From Anaerohalosphaeraceae bacterium (lineage in GTDB: Bacteria; Planctomycetota; Phycisphaerae; Sedimentisphaerales; Anaerohalosphaeraceae): DNA of 64,000 bases. Shown here one piece after another: positions 47,075 through 58,213 of this stretch. Where the stretch lies: the NCBI GenBank assembly GCA_963675525.2, contig CAXXSL010000001.1, positions 192,001 to 256,000 of the forward strand, given 5' to 3'. The position numbers and the translations under genes are program-made. Numbering within the stretch: position 1 is the first letter of the stretch; each line of letters begins with the position of its first letter. Below the pieces are notes generated by a model. It did no database searches. It was given only the letters and a program-made list of their open reading frames with translations, and had not been told where the DNA came from.

Positions 47075-47961
47075 ACGTCATTGCCGGAGCCCTTTCGCAG
47101 CAGTTCGACAAGGTACTGTGCAGCTTTGTTTAGTTGACAGTCTTTTCGAATAACAATACCGGTTGGGCGGTAAAAATGTTCATTCATAAAAGCCACAGAT
47201 TTCAGGGTTCCGCTGTTCAATTCCGCCATGATACTTGTTTGGGGAAGAATGCTGATGCCTGAATTGATTTCAATTGCTCGCTTGATGGTTTCGATGTTGT
47301 CAAATTCCATAACCGCATGCACAGAGACCCCAAACTGCTTTAAAATCTCGTCGATGCACTGTCGTGACGGTACATTTTCCGTAAAAGCGATAAACCGTTC
47401 CCCTTGCAGATGATGAATATCAATTTCTTGAGAGAGACTGAAAGGATGCTCCGGAGAACAAACCATTGTAAGAGGCTCATTTACAAAGTTATAGACGTTA
47501 ATACTGCGGTCACGCTTGGGAATTGCCACAACACCGATATCGATGTTTCCCTTTAGTAGACGAATATAGATTTCTTTGGCGTCCAGATATTCAATCGAAA
47601 GGTTCACGTCCGGGTAGATTGACATGAATTGTTTCACATAGGGCTGCAGGGTATGCATCCCAATGCTGAAAATAGAAGCTAAATTGATTTTGCAACTGGT
47701 TTTAGACAATGCCGATAGCTCGTTGTGAAGTTGGTCATAACGTTCAAGAATATCTTTGCAGGCTCGGTAAAAGGTCTGACCTGCGGTGGTCAACTCAAAG
47801 GGGCGTTTTTTCCGATTAAGAAACTGGGCTTTATGGGCCATTTCCAGTTGAGCCAACTGCTGAGAGACAGCCGACTGGCTGATATTATGCAATTCAGCCG
47901 TGCGGGAGAAGTTTTTTAACTCCACAAGGTCACAAAAGATTTTAGCACTTTCCATGTTCAT
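47071..47961 (-). CDS. LysR family transcriptional regulator
   Basis: NFSRTAE...ISQSAVSQQL..LE HTH and EFDNIETIKRAIE...GISILP. Divergent from gdhA. Confidence 0.93.
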   Translation of the reverse strand: MNMESAKIFCDLVELKNFSRTAELHNISQSAVSQQLAQLEMAHKAQFLNRKKRPFELTTAGQTFYRACKDILERYDQLHNELSALSKTSCKINLASIFSIGMHTLQPYVKQFMSIYPDVNLSIEYLDAKEIYIRLLKGNIDIGVVAIPKRDRSINVYNFVNEPLTMVCSPEHPFSLSQEIDIHHLQGERFIAFTENVPSRQCIDEILKQFGVSVHAVMEFDNIETIKRAIEINSGISILPQTSIMAELNSGTLKSVAFMNEHFYRPTGIVIRKDCQLNKAAQYLVELLRKGSGNDV

Positions 47962-48028
47962 AGCATTAATAGAACTTATTATTACTATCTCGAATAATTA
48001 TTGGATTAAATGTTTAATTAATAGTATT

Positions 48029-48043
48029 ATAAGCAGCAGTGAT
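48029..48043. promoter_or_regulatory. Candidate LysR T-N11-A box
   Basis: ATAA-GCAGCAG-TGAT in the AT-rich lysR-gdhA intergenic region. A second candidate, TAATAGAACTTATTA, lies at 47967-47981. Confidence 0.4.
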
Positions 48044-48179
48044 AAAAAGTAAATAGTTTCTTCCATAAGTTTTCAATTTTTTCGATTTCGGAAAAATCGG
48101 ATTTATCTGAATATCAACAGCACTATAATGACTTGTCGTATTGGTTAGTTGTGTTTGCATGAGCATAGGTGACCAGTGA

Positions 48180-49562
<1,383 letters not shown>

Positions 49563-49615
49563 TCCCGGATGCAATATCGAGATTGATACGTTTAACGAGT
49601 CACAACGAAAACCGA

Positions 49616-49649
49616 GATCCCCTTACCATTAGGTAGGGGGATTTTTTTT
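49616..49649 (+). terminator. Intrinsic terminator after gdhA
   Basis: ATCCCCTTACC...GGTAGGGGGAT hairpin followed by T8. Confidence 0.8.
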
Positions 49650-49736
49650 GTTTTACAGATCATTCAGTTGAATAATATCACATGCATTGTTAAGATGGGG
49701 CTTAAGAAAACAGGCTTATAACAGAAAGTAAATGCT

Positions 49737-52367
49737 ATGGAAAGATATCCTTATCCAAGTACCGGGCTGGACCATTTGGATGAAATGCTGACCCGGCTTC
49801 AATATGGCGACAATGTTGTTTGGCAGGTGGATGATATTGCCCATTATAAAGAACTGGTCACTCCCTATGTGAACCGTGCGATTGCCGAACATCGCAAAAT
49901 GATTTATATTCGGTTTGCTCAGCATGCAGCATTGTTGGAACCAAGACCCGGATTAACCATTGTTGAATTGGATGCCGATACCGGCTTTGAAACCTTTTCG
50001 ACTCAGGTCCATCAGATCGTTGCCCAGCACGGCAAGTTGGCATTTTATGTTTTTGACAGTTTGTCGGACCTGCTGACGACGTGGGCGACGGATTTAATGG
50101 TCGGAAACTTTTTCAGTGTTACCTGTCCTTTTCTTTATGAACTGGACACGCTTGCGTACTTTGCCCTGTTACGGAGTCGACATTCTTTTCAAACGGTGGC
50201 CCGGATACGCGGTACGACTCAGTTACTGCTGGATGTGTATCGTTTGGAGGGGACACGTTATATCCATCCGCTGAAAGTCTGGAACCGGCATTCACACACC
50301 ATGTTTCTGCCGCATCGGGATGATGGAGACCAGTTCACTCCGGTCACCGATAGTGTTGATGCCGCGCGTCTTTTTTCCTATATTTCCGATATTGCACGCA
50401 GCCGGACACGCCGAAAACTGGATTACTGGGATCAGTTGTTTCTGGATGCCGAGAACCTCGTCGGCCGTTCTTCTGACGATTCGGCGTACAATGCCGCCAT
50501 TCCGGAATACACACAGGCCGTCGATACAATCTGTCGCATTATGGTCGGACGCGAAGAGCGTATGCTGGAGCTTCTGAAATCACATTTCTCGCTGCGTGAT
50601 TTGCTGGATATCAAGGCACGCCTGATCGGCACCGGTTATGTTGGCGGCAAGGCCGTGGGGATGCTCATCGCCCGGAAAATTCTGTGCGAGGACACTGCTT
50701 TCGACTGGCCCGGACAACTTGAACAGCATGATTCGTTTTACGTTGGATCGGATATCTTTCACAGCTATGTCGTCCAGAATGGGCTGTGGAAACTGCGAAT
50801 GGATCAGAAAACACCTGAAGGCTATTTTTCAAAATCCCAGGCTTTGGCCGAGGGACTCCTGAAAGGCCGGTTTTCAAACGAGATCAAAGAACAGTTTCAG
50901 GAAATGATTGAGTATTTCGGCCAGTCGCCGATTATCGTTCGTTCCAGCAGTCTGTTGGAGGACAGTTTCGGCAATGCGTTTGCCGGAAAATATGTAAGCC
51001 TTTTTCTGGTTAATCAGGGGTCACCGGAAGACCGCTATGAAAAATTCGAGGAGGCCGTTCGCACGATTTATGCCAGTACCATGAGCGAAGATGCCCTGAC
51101 CTATCGTCTCCAGCGGGGGCTTGACCAGTTGGACGAACAGATGGCTCTCTTGGTCCAGCGTGTTTCCGGAACGCATCACGGCAAGTACTTTTTCCCGGAT
51201 GTGGCTGGGGTGGGCATTTCATATAACACGTTTGTCTGGAATAAGGAACTGGACCCGAAGGCAGGTATGCTTCGTGTTGTGGCCGGCTTGGGAACGCGGG
51301 CAGTAGACAGAACGGATGACGACTATCCCCGGCTGATCGCGCTGGATGCCCCGTTTATGCGGCCTCATTTAAGTAAGGATAATGAGCGGCATTTTTCGCA
51401 GCATTATATTGATATGTTGAATATTGAGGATAACCAGTATGAAACGCTTTCTGTAAAACAGTATCTGGCTCATGATCCCGCCTGGGATATTGATTTGTTG
51501 GCAACCGAAGATCAGGACGCGGTGATACGTGCCAAACAGTTGGGTCTGGATTGTGGCAGGCAGATGATCTTGACTTTTGATCCGCTGCTCGAAAAGACCG
51601 AATTTGTGTCCCTCATGCGGCGTTTGCTGGAAACGCTGGAACGGGTCTATGATTATCCGGTGGATATTGAATTTACGGTCAATTTTTCGGATGATTCGAC
51701 GCCGCAGATCAATCTGCTTCAGTGCCGGCCGCTCCAGGCATCCGGTGTTCGCCAAAAGGTCCGTTTGCCGGAACGGTTGGTTCCCGAGCGAACGCTGATT
51801 CAGACGCAGAGCAGTTTCATGGGGGGCAGTATTTCGCAGGCCGTCAATAAAGTCATCTATGTGGATCCATCCGCTTATATACAACTGTCCCAGCAGGAAA
51901 AGCATGAAGTGGCCAGGCTCATCGGAAAGCTGAACACGCAGTTCTGCAATAAAAAGACCGACTTCGCCATGCTCATGGGGCCGGGCCGATGGGGAACCTC
52001 CACCCCGTCGCTGGGCGTGCCGGTACGGTTTTCCGAAATTAACCAGATGGCCGCATTGTGTGAAATATCCTATCCCGGCGGCAATCTCATGCCCGAATTA
52101 TCATACGGAAGCCATTTCTTCATGGATCTGATCGAAGGCCAGACCTATTACATCGCGCTGTTTTGCGAAAAAAGCGGCGTCCTCTTTCAGGTCGGCCTCC
52201 TGCAAAGACGGCCCAATCAACTGACACAGATTCTGCCGGAAGCGGAAAAATACAGCCGTGCGGTGTTTGTCTATGAGATCAAAGATGACACGCTGATGCT
52301 CGAAGCGGATGTTTTCAGCCAGAAATTGGTCTGTTATTTCAATCCCTCCGGGTCCAAACCCTCCTGA
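49737..52367 (+). CDS. PEP/pyruvate-binding (PPDK N-terminal, ATP-grasp) domain protein with RecA/KaiC-like N-terminal domain
   Basis: STGLDHLDEML...GDNVV at the N-terminus; GGKAVGM, IVRSSSLLED...AFAGKY.S, GLGTRAV, VDIEF and LLQCRP. Confidence 0.82.
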   Translation: MERYPYPSTGLDHLDEMLTRLQYGDNVVWQVDDIAHYKELVTPYVNRAIAEHRKMIYIRFAQHAALLEPRPGLTIVELDADTGFETFSTQVHQIVAQHGKLAFYVFDSLSDLLTTWATDLMVGNFFSVTCPFLYELDTLAYFALLRSRHSFQTVARIRGTTQLLLDVYRLEGTRYIHPLKVWNRHSHTMFLPHRDDGDQFTPVTDSVDAARLFSYISDIARSRTRRKLDYWDQLFLDAENLVGRSSDDSAYNAAIPEYTQAVDTICRIMVGREERMLELLKSHFSLRDLLDIKARLIGTGYVGGKAVGMLIARKILCEDTAFDWPGQLEQHDSFYVGSDIFHSYVVQNGLWKLRMDQKTPEGYFSKSQALAEGLLKGRFSNEIKEQFQEMIEYFGQSPIIVRSSSLLEDSFGNAFAGKYVSLFLVNQGSPEDRYEKFEEAVRTIYASTMSEDALTYRLQRGLDQLDEQMALLVQRVSGTHHGKYFFPDVAGVGISYNTFVWNKELDPKAGMLRVVAGLGTRAVDRTDDDYPRLIALDAPFMRPHLSKDNERHFSQHYIDMLNIEDNQYETLSVKQYLAHDPAWDIDLLATEDQDAVIRAKQLGLDCGRQMILTFDPLLEKTEFVSLMRRLLETLERVYDYPVDIEFTVNFSDDSTPQINLLQCRPLQASGVRQKVRLPERLVPERTLIQTQSSFMGGSISQAVNKVIYVDPSAYIQLSQQEKHEVARLIGKLNTQFCNKKTDFAMLMGPGRWGTSTPSLGVPVRFSEINQMAALCEISYPGGNLMPELSYGSHFFMDLIEGQTYYIALFCEKSGVLFQVGLLQRRPNQLTQILPEAEKYSRAVFVYEIKDDTLMLEADVFSQKLVCYFNPSGSKPS

Positions 52368-52412
52368 CAGTTACATTTTCATGATATGTCAACTAAATGA
52401 CAGATACAACTT

Positions 52413-52439
52413 GTCATTCCCGCGCAGGCGGGAATCCAG
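52413..52439. repeat. REP-like palindromic element
   Basis: GTCATTCCCGCGCAGGCGGGAATCCAG, with an ATTCCCGC/GCGGGAAT stem. Confidence 0.7.
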
Positions 52440-52515
52440 CATAAAATAGTCTCCGCCCCAAGCGGTTTCTTTTTTATTTGTATTTACCGCCGCAATCCTT
52501 ACAATGTTGCACATC

Positions 52516-53256
52516 ATGGAAAAACAAGTCGATACAAACAAATTATTCAGGCAGCATCTGGAGATGGAATCGTTTTTTGTGGGCGATTTCACCCTGAAGG
52601 GGGACATGCCCGCATCGGATGCCCCGCAGACACAGCAACCGACACAGCAAGAGGTATCGGATATGAAGCAGTCATTGGAGGCGATCGCCAAAACAGTCAA
52701 AGCCTGCCGGAAATGTGAAATTGCCAACAGCCGTTTGAATGCGGTTCCCGGGCAGGGCAACCCCAAGGCACGGCTGATGTTTGTCGGCGAAGCGCCGGGC
52801 GCCGACGAGGACCAACAAGGACTGGCGTTTGTCGGCAGGGCGGGCAAACTGCTGACAGACATCATCACCGCGATGGGCCTGACACGTGACGAGGTCTTTA
52901 TCGGCAATATTCTCAAATGCCGCCCGCCGGGAAATCGTGACCCCAAACTCGACGAAATTGACAATTGCTGGCCGTACCTGAAAAAACAACTCGAAATCAT
53001 TCAGCCGGAAATTATCGTCGCGCTGGGCGCGCACGCCGCCCGAACATTACTCGACACCAAGGACGCTATCGGCAAACTCCGCGGCCAATTCCATGAATAC
53101 CGCTACTCTGACGATGTTCCCCCGGCCAAACTCATGCCGACCTACCACCCGGCGTATCTCCTGCGAAACTATTCCTACGACAACCGCAAACGCGTCTGGG
53201 AAGACATGATGAAAGTCCTTAAAGAACTCGGCCTGCCCGTCCCAAAGAAAAAATAG
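52516..53256 (+). CDS. Uracil-DNA glycosylase family 4 (4Fe-4S)
   Basis: C..C.I, VGEAPGADED, FVGRAGKLL, NILKCRPPGNR and TYHPAYLLR. Start is 52504 or 52516. Confidence 0.93.
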   Translation: MEKQVDTNKLFRQHLEMESFFVGDFTLKGDMPASDAPQTQQPTQQEVSDMKQSLEAIAKTVKACRKCEIANSRLNAVPGQGNPKARLMFVGEAPGADEDQQGLAFVGRAGKLLTDIITAMGLTRDEVFIGNILKCRPPGNRDPKLDEIDNCWPYLKKQLEIIQPEIIVALGAHAARTLLDTKDAIGKLRGQFHEYRYSDDVPPAKLMPTYHPAYLLRNYSYDNRKRVWEDMMKVLKELGLPVPKKK

Positions 53257-53290
53257 AAGGTGTTAATCAGTTGTTAAAGAGGCTAACTGA

Positions 53291-53710
53291 ATGAAGAAGG
53301 TAATTATATGCACAATTATACTGATAGTTTTTATTGTTTCATTTTTTTTAGTGCGTTACTTCAGTGTTAATCCATATCAAAAGCGCATTGAGTGCACTAA
53401 TATTTCATTGAATCATTTAAGAGGTAGTATAGAGAATTACAAACAGAAAGAGGGTCATTTCCCCGAATCATTATCAGAATTGAAGCAATACTATGAGAAT
53501 AACGACAATTACTCATTTAGGAAAGAAAACAAGGAATACATTTCTTTTGAGCAAGGTTCGGAGCAGGAGCACAAATCTTTGAATGGAAAAGGAGGATGGT
53601 GCTACAATAAAGAAACAGGGAGTTTAATAGTGAATATCAATAAACCGTTGAAGGATTATTTTGAAAAATATTATTACTTCAATAGAAATGAAATACCTTC
53701 GGAGTGGTAA
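53291..53710 (+). CDS. AT-rich hypothetical protein with N-terminal TM helix (pseudopilin-G-like segment)
   Basis: GAGG RBS, hydrophobic N-terminus and L..LR.SIE.YK.K.G.FPESL.EL; visibly AT-richer than its neighbours. Confidence 0.6.
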   Translation: MKKVIICTIILIVFIVSFFLVRYFSVNPYQKRIECTNISLNHLRGSIENYKQKEGHFPESLSELKQYYENNDNYSFRKENKEYISFEQGSEQEHKSLNGKGGWCYNKETGSLIVNINKPLKDYFEKYYYFNRNEIPSEW

Positions 53711-53754
53711 CTAAAGTTGAAAGATGACCGTGTGATTTCAATTTGTGGGCCTTA

Positions 53755-54420
53755 AAGCCCGTAGGGCTTGTGACAATAATAGCCGCGGGTGGAGGGAGCT
53801 AAGCGACCGGAACCCGTGGATAAGGGGCAAGCAACAACGAACCGACCCTGTAAGGGTCGAATAAAGGAGGCAATGTGGCTACCTACACACAAATATTATA
53901 TCACATTGTTTACGGAACGAAAAACCATCAGACCACACTTGATCTCGAACGCCACGATGACTTATGCCGCTATAAGGCGGGTATTCTACGAAACAAACAT
54001 TGCATTGTTTATAAAGTGGGCGGTCATGTTGACCATCTTCATGTCCTGACAAGTTTACATCCATCGTTGGCGTTGGCCGGTTTGGTAAAAGATGTCAAAC
54101 TTGCCGCGTCTGGTTGGATTAAAACCGACAAAGTATTTCCGCAGTTCAGTGGCTGGCAGGCTGGTTATGGGGCTTTTACCTGTTCATGGAAAGACAAAGA
54201 TCGGATTATGAAATATATCGAAAATCAGCGAGAGCATCATCGACACAAAACATTCCGAGAAGAATATATTGATATGTTGCAAAAGGCAGGGATTGAATTC
54301 GATGAAAGATACTTGGCCTGATTCGACCCCTTTAGGGTCGATGGACGTGTAGTATTCAATTAACCACGGGTTCCGCTTCGCTCCACCCGCGGCTATTATT
54401 GTTTGAATCCCTACGGGACT
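53755..54420 (+). mobile_element. IS200/IS605-superfamily (RAYT-like) element bounded by about 100-bp imperfect inverted repeats
   Basis: The left arm (53755-53862) and the reverse complement of the right arm (54321-54420) share CCCGTAGGG, ACAATAATAGCCGCGGGTGGAG, CGGAACCCGTGG and CGACCC..GGGTCGAAT. Confidence 0.85.
53875..54321 (+). CDS. tnpA: IS200/IS605 family HUH (Y1) transposase
   Basis: YTQILYHIVYGTK, DHLHVL (HUH), WQAGYGAF and KYIENQ (catalytic Tyr); AAGGAGG RBS. Confidence 0.92.
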   Translation: MATYTQILYHIVYGTKNHQTTLDLERHDDLCRYKAGILRNKHCIVYKVGGHVDHLHVLTSLHPSLALAGLVKDVKLAASGWIKTDKVFPQFSGWQAGYGAFTCSWKDKDRIMKYIENQREHHRHKTFREEYIDMLQKAGIEFDERYLA

Positions 54421-55467
54421 CTAAAACAACTTCTCGACCAGGTAGCGGGCGCTGAAGATCAGGTCGATGGTGACTGCGGCGGTTAACAGGCCCCATCGCA
54501 TCGGATGCCAGCGAAGGCCGGTTTTTGCCAGGAAGAATAAAAACCACAACGCCGCCGCGGCGACAGCGTACATCATGGCCGTCCATTCCAGCAAGCCCCC
54601 GAGGATCAATCGTTTATACGCCAATCCGCCGAAGAATGCCGCTAAGATCGAGGCGGCGATCGCACAGGTAATGACCCATTTGCAATCGGCCTTGCCGGCC
54701 CACAGAAGCGACTGAAACCCCAACCCTGACAGGATCGCCAAAAACAAAATCGGAAACGCTGCCCAGACGATCGGGCTGACCTGCAGAACCGGCTCCCAGA
54801 AGCACAACACCAGGGCCGCGGCGATCGGGATCAGCACCGCGATACGCTGGGCTTTTACCAGCACAAAAAGGCCCATCAGCGACAGGATGATCGCTCCGTG
54901 ATACAGGCCGAAAGTCAGGTATTCGCCTTTTTGAAACAGCGGAAAGATCAGGTCGAGAAAATGCTGCGGCGTCAGGCGGGTGGTTGCCGGCATCAAAAAG
55001 TGCGGTCCAACCCATTTTTGTGCGGCGGCCCAGAACATCAGGCAGACGCCGGCGAACGGCAGGACAGCAAAGATCGAGCGGATGATAAACCTAAATGCGT
55101 CCGGCGGGCTGTTTTTGTGCCAGTACACCGAAGGCAGCAGCAGCCACGGCACCATGACATAGCTGAATCCTGCCACTGGTTGCTGAAAGCCGCCGAAACT
55201 CAGCGAGAATGCCGAGAACCCATACACGGCTCCGGCGATCAATGACGGTGTCCAGTTATTGACCCATCGCTTGCTCAAGAAATACGCACCCCATGCGGCC
55301 GCCGGCGGATTGAAAACATACAGAAGCTGATAGCCGGCCAGTTGGCTGAAATGCCCCCAGAAAAGATAGACAGAAAAAACCAGGTACAGCACACCGGCGG
55401 AAATCGCTTTCTCAACCGCTCCGAACGCAAGCCCCTGTTTGGACAGGTTTGGAGATGAACTTCCCAT
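54421..55467 (-). CDS. Polytopic membrane protein (possibly GT-C/YfhO-like N-terminal region)
   Basis: About 10 hydrophobic segments with GAYFL......SLIAG.VYGFS and .PWLL. Probable ATG at 55467, just downstream of purM. Confidence 0.6.
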   Translation of the reverse strand: MGSSSPNLSKQGLAFGAVEKAISAGVLYLVFSVYLFWGHFSQLAGYQLLYVFNPPAAAWGAYFLSKRWVNNWTPSLIAGAVYGFSAFSLSFGGFQQPVAGFSYVMVPWLLLPSVYWHKNSPPDAFRFIIRSIFAVLPFAGVCLMFWAAAQKWVGPHFLMPATTRLTPQHFLDLIFPLFQKGEYLTFGLYHGAIILSLMGLFVLVKAQRIAVLIPIAAALVLCFWEPVLQVSPIVWAAFPILFLAILSGLGFQSLLWAGKADCKWVITCAIAASILAAFFGGLAYKRLILGGLLEWTAMMYAVAAAALWFLFFLAKTGLRWHPMRWGLLTAAVTIDLIFSARYLVEKLF

Positions 55468-55475
55468 ACGATGCC

Positions 55476-56549
55476 TTATTTTAATACAACTTTCCCTGTG
55501 CCGGACGTGATGGTGCCGATCCGGTAAACGCACTCTCCGTAGCGCGCGAGTTTATCGGTGATGGCATCCGCAAAGTCCGGGGCGACCACCAGTACATACC
55601 CAATTCCCATGTTGAACACGCGGAACATTTCCTCATCGGCAACCGGTCCGGCCTGCTGCAGATAATTAAATATATCCGGTACCGGCCAGGCGTCCTTTTT
55701 CAAAACGGCGTTACAGTCTTTCGGCAGCACACGCGGGATATTGCCGACCAGGCCGCCGCCGGTAATATGCGCCATGGCGTGCACGACTTTTTTAACTTTA
55801 TAACCACCGAGCAGTTTGACAACGGACTTGACGTAAATCCGTGTCGGTTCCAGCAGCACATCGCCCAGTCGTTGGTTGTCAAGTTCCGGAATTCTGTCGG
55901 TGACATTGAGTTTATTTTTTTTAAAGCAGATATTGCGTACCAGCGAGTATCCGTTGCTGTGAATCCCGCTGGAGGCCAGCCCGAGAACCACATCGCCTTT
56001 CTGAACGAGTTTCCCGGTAACGATCCGGTCGCGTTCGACCACCCCAACGGCAAAGCCGGCCATGTCGTATTCGTCCTTCCGGTACAAATCGGGCATTTCG
56101 GCGGTTTCCCCGCCGATCAGGGCACAGTCGGCCATCCGGCAGCCCGCTGCGACGCTTTCAACCATTTGAGCGATTTGCTCCGGGTCGAGCTTGTTGACGG
56201 CAAGGTAGTCGAGGAAAAAAAGCGGTTCGGCCCCCTGGACGATCATGTCATTAACACTCATGGCGACCAGGTCAATGCCGACGGTATCATACCGGCCCAC
56301 CTGCTGGGCAATGATGATTTTTGTGCCGACGCCGTCGGTGCAGGCCACAAGCACGGGGTGCTTATAATTTCGTTTGAAAAGTTTTTCGTCATAGTCCAGC
56401 CGAAACAGACCTGCAAATGCGTTATGCATATTGATCACGCGAGGGCCGTGTGTGGAGGCGACCGAACGGCTGATGCGTTCGACCATGCGGTCGTTGGCGT
56501 CAATGCTGACACCGGATTCTTCATAAGAAAGATAATCGTCTTTACTCAT
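55476..56549 (-). CDS. purM: Phosphoribosylformylglycinamidine cyclo-ligase
   Basis: TDGVGTK, GIDLVAMSVND, GAEPLFFLDY, GGETAEMP, SSGIHSNGYSL and AHITGGG. Confidence 0.97.
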   Translation of the reverse strand: MSKDDYLSYEESGVSIDANDRMVERISRSVASTHGPRVINMHNAFAGLFRLDYDEKLFKRNYKHPVLVACTDGVGTKIIIAQQVGRYDTVGIDLVAMSVNDMIVQGAEPLFFLDYLAVNKLDPEQIAQMVESVAAGCRMADCALIGGETAEMPDLYRKDEYDMAGFAVGVVERDRIVTGKLVQKGDVVLGLASSGIHSNGYSLVRNICFKKNKLNVTDRIPELDNQRLGDVLLEPTRIYVKSVVKLLGGYKVKKVVHAMAHITGGGLVGNIPRVLPKDCNAVLKKDAWPVPDIFNYLQQAGPVADEEMFRVFNMGIGYVLVVAPDFADAITDKLARYGECVYRIGTITSGTGKVVLK

Positions 56550-57989
56550 TTATAGCTCATGCTGATCAAATAACTGCATCTGATGGCGTTCCATCGAGAA
56601 TTTATTAACGATTTTGCTGACGGGAATTTTGTAATGGCCGCTCCAGCAGGCGGTACAGTAATGGTCAGGCGGCAATGATGCACAACCCAGCAGGCCATCC
56701 AGTGAAATATACCCTAAGCTGTCAACGCGTAAAAACTGGCGAATCTCTTCTGTGTTTTCCTTTTGGTTGGCCAGCAGTTCCTGATGCGTGGGAAAGTCAA
56801 CGCCGTAAAAGCAGGGGTGTTTGATGGGAGGGCAGGCGACTCGCATATGGATTTCTTTGGCACCGGCTTCGCGAAGCGAACGGATCTTCCCTTTTGTGGT
56901 TGTGCCGCGAACGATCGAATCATCGATGACGACCACACGCTTGTCTTTGACGACATTGCGAATCACCGTTAGTTTCAGCTTAACCGCCAGGTCACGCATG
57001 TCCTGTGAAGGCGACAAAAAAGTCCGGCCGACATAGTGGCTTCTCACAAACCCCATATCAAAAGGGATGCCGCTTTCGCGGGCATAACCGATCGCCGAAC
57101 TGGTACCCGAGTCAGGCACCGGGATGACCACATCGGCATCGACCGGATGCTCAATGGCCAGTTGTTTACCGGAACGGACACGGAATTCGTGTACGTTTTC
57201 ACCGAAAATGGTACTGCTTTGTTTCGCGAAATAAACGTGTTCGAAAATACAATGTCCCGGCGTGATGGTTCCCGGTTCAACAAAGAACCGGCTGTGAAGG
57301 CCGGACTTATCGAGGGTGACTATTTCGCCGGGTTCAACGTCACGAACATACGCGGCGCCGATTGAATCCAGGGCACAGGTTTCACTGGCAACACAGTAAT
57401 AACCCCTGTCCGTTCGTCCGATGCAAAGCGGCCGAATCCCATACGGATCACGGGCTGCTTCAATCCGGTCGGCGAAGAGAAAGATCAGCGAGTAAGCGCC
57501 CTGCAGGTGGTTCAGCACATGTCCCAGCGGGTCCGGTTTGGTGACATGGGTCGGTTTGGCCATCAAATGGACAATGATTTCCGTATCGTTGGAGGTTTTG
57601 AAAATATGGCCGTAGGCTTCATATTCATCCCGCAACAGCGAGGCATTGATCAGGTTGCCGTTGTGTGCCACGGCGACCTGTCCGCGGGAATATTCGCCCA
57701 AAAACGGCTGGGCATTTGTGGGGTTGCTGGAACCGGTTGTAGAATACCGCACATGTCCGATCGCTACCGGATTGTCCAGTCGTTCGAGAATGCCTCGTCC
57801 CGACCGAAAGACCCGGTTGACATGTCCCATTCCTGTAAAACAGTGAATATATTCACCGTCGCTTGATGCGATACCTGCCGATTCCTGTCCTCGGTGCTGG
57901 AGGCTGTGCAGGGAAAAATATGTTTTTTGTACGGCTTCCGGGTCGCCATATATCCCGAAAATGCCGCACTCTTCTTTTTTATCTGCCAT
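56550..57989 (-). CDS. purF: Amidophosphoribosyltransferase
   Basis: EECGIFG (propeptide plus catalytic Cys), LQHRGQESAG, GHVRYST, HNGNL, VIDDSIVRGTT and YCTACW. Confidence 0.97.
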   Translation of the reverse strand: MADKKEECGIFGIYGDPEAVQKTYFSLHSLQHRGQESAGIASSDGEYIHCFTGMGHVNRVFRSGRGILERLDNPVAIGHVRYSTTGSSNPTNAQPFLGEYSRGQVAVAHNGNLINASLLRDEYEAYGHIFKTSNDTEIIVHLMAKPTHVTKPDPLGHVLNHLQGAYSLIFLFADRIEAARDPYGIRPLCIGRTDRGYYCVASETCALDSIGAAYVRDVEPGEIVTLDKSGLHSRFFVEPGTITPGHCIFEHVYFAKQSSTIFGENVHEFRVRSGKQLAIEHPVDADVVIPVPDSGTSSAIGYARESGIPFDMGFVRSHYVGRTFLSPSQDMRDLAVKLKLTVIRNVVKDKRVVVIDDSIVRGTTTKGKIRSLREAGAKEIHMRVACPPIKHPCFYGVDFPTHQELLANQKENTEEIRQFLRVDSLGYISLDGLLGCASLPPDHYCTACWSGHYKIPVSKIVNKFSMERHQMQLFDQHEL

Positions 57990-58031
57990 TGATTCCTCTT
58001 AAATTTTCAATTATCAAGGGGTTAAAAGCAT

Positions 58032-58060
58032 AGTCTATCCGAAGACCCCGTACCAGTCAA
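58032..58060 (-). promoter_or_regulatory. Sigma70-type promoter of purFM
   Basis: Minus strand TTGACT-17 bp-TAGACT. Confidence 0.55.
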
Positions 58061-58213
58061 CGGATTTTTGTTAGGTATTAATCGATCGGAATTAATTGCA
58101 ATATTGCATGAAATCACTTTTTTTTGTCCGTTGTAAAAGAAAGAACTGGAAATATTTTGTCCACAGGCTATAGTAATAGACTTTTAAACAATAGCTTCCG
58201 AGGGTCAGGCTGT

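Noticed and set aside
53873..53877. Frameshifted tnpA start (ATG at 53873 is out of frame)
   Set aside because: An in-frame GTG at 53875 sits 4 nt from AAGGAGG and gives a full-length protein, so a pseudogene call is not supported.
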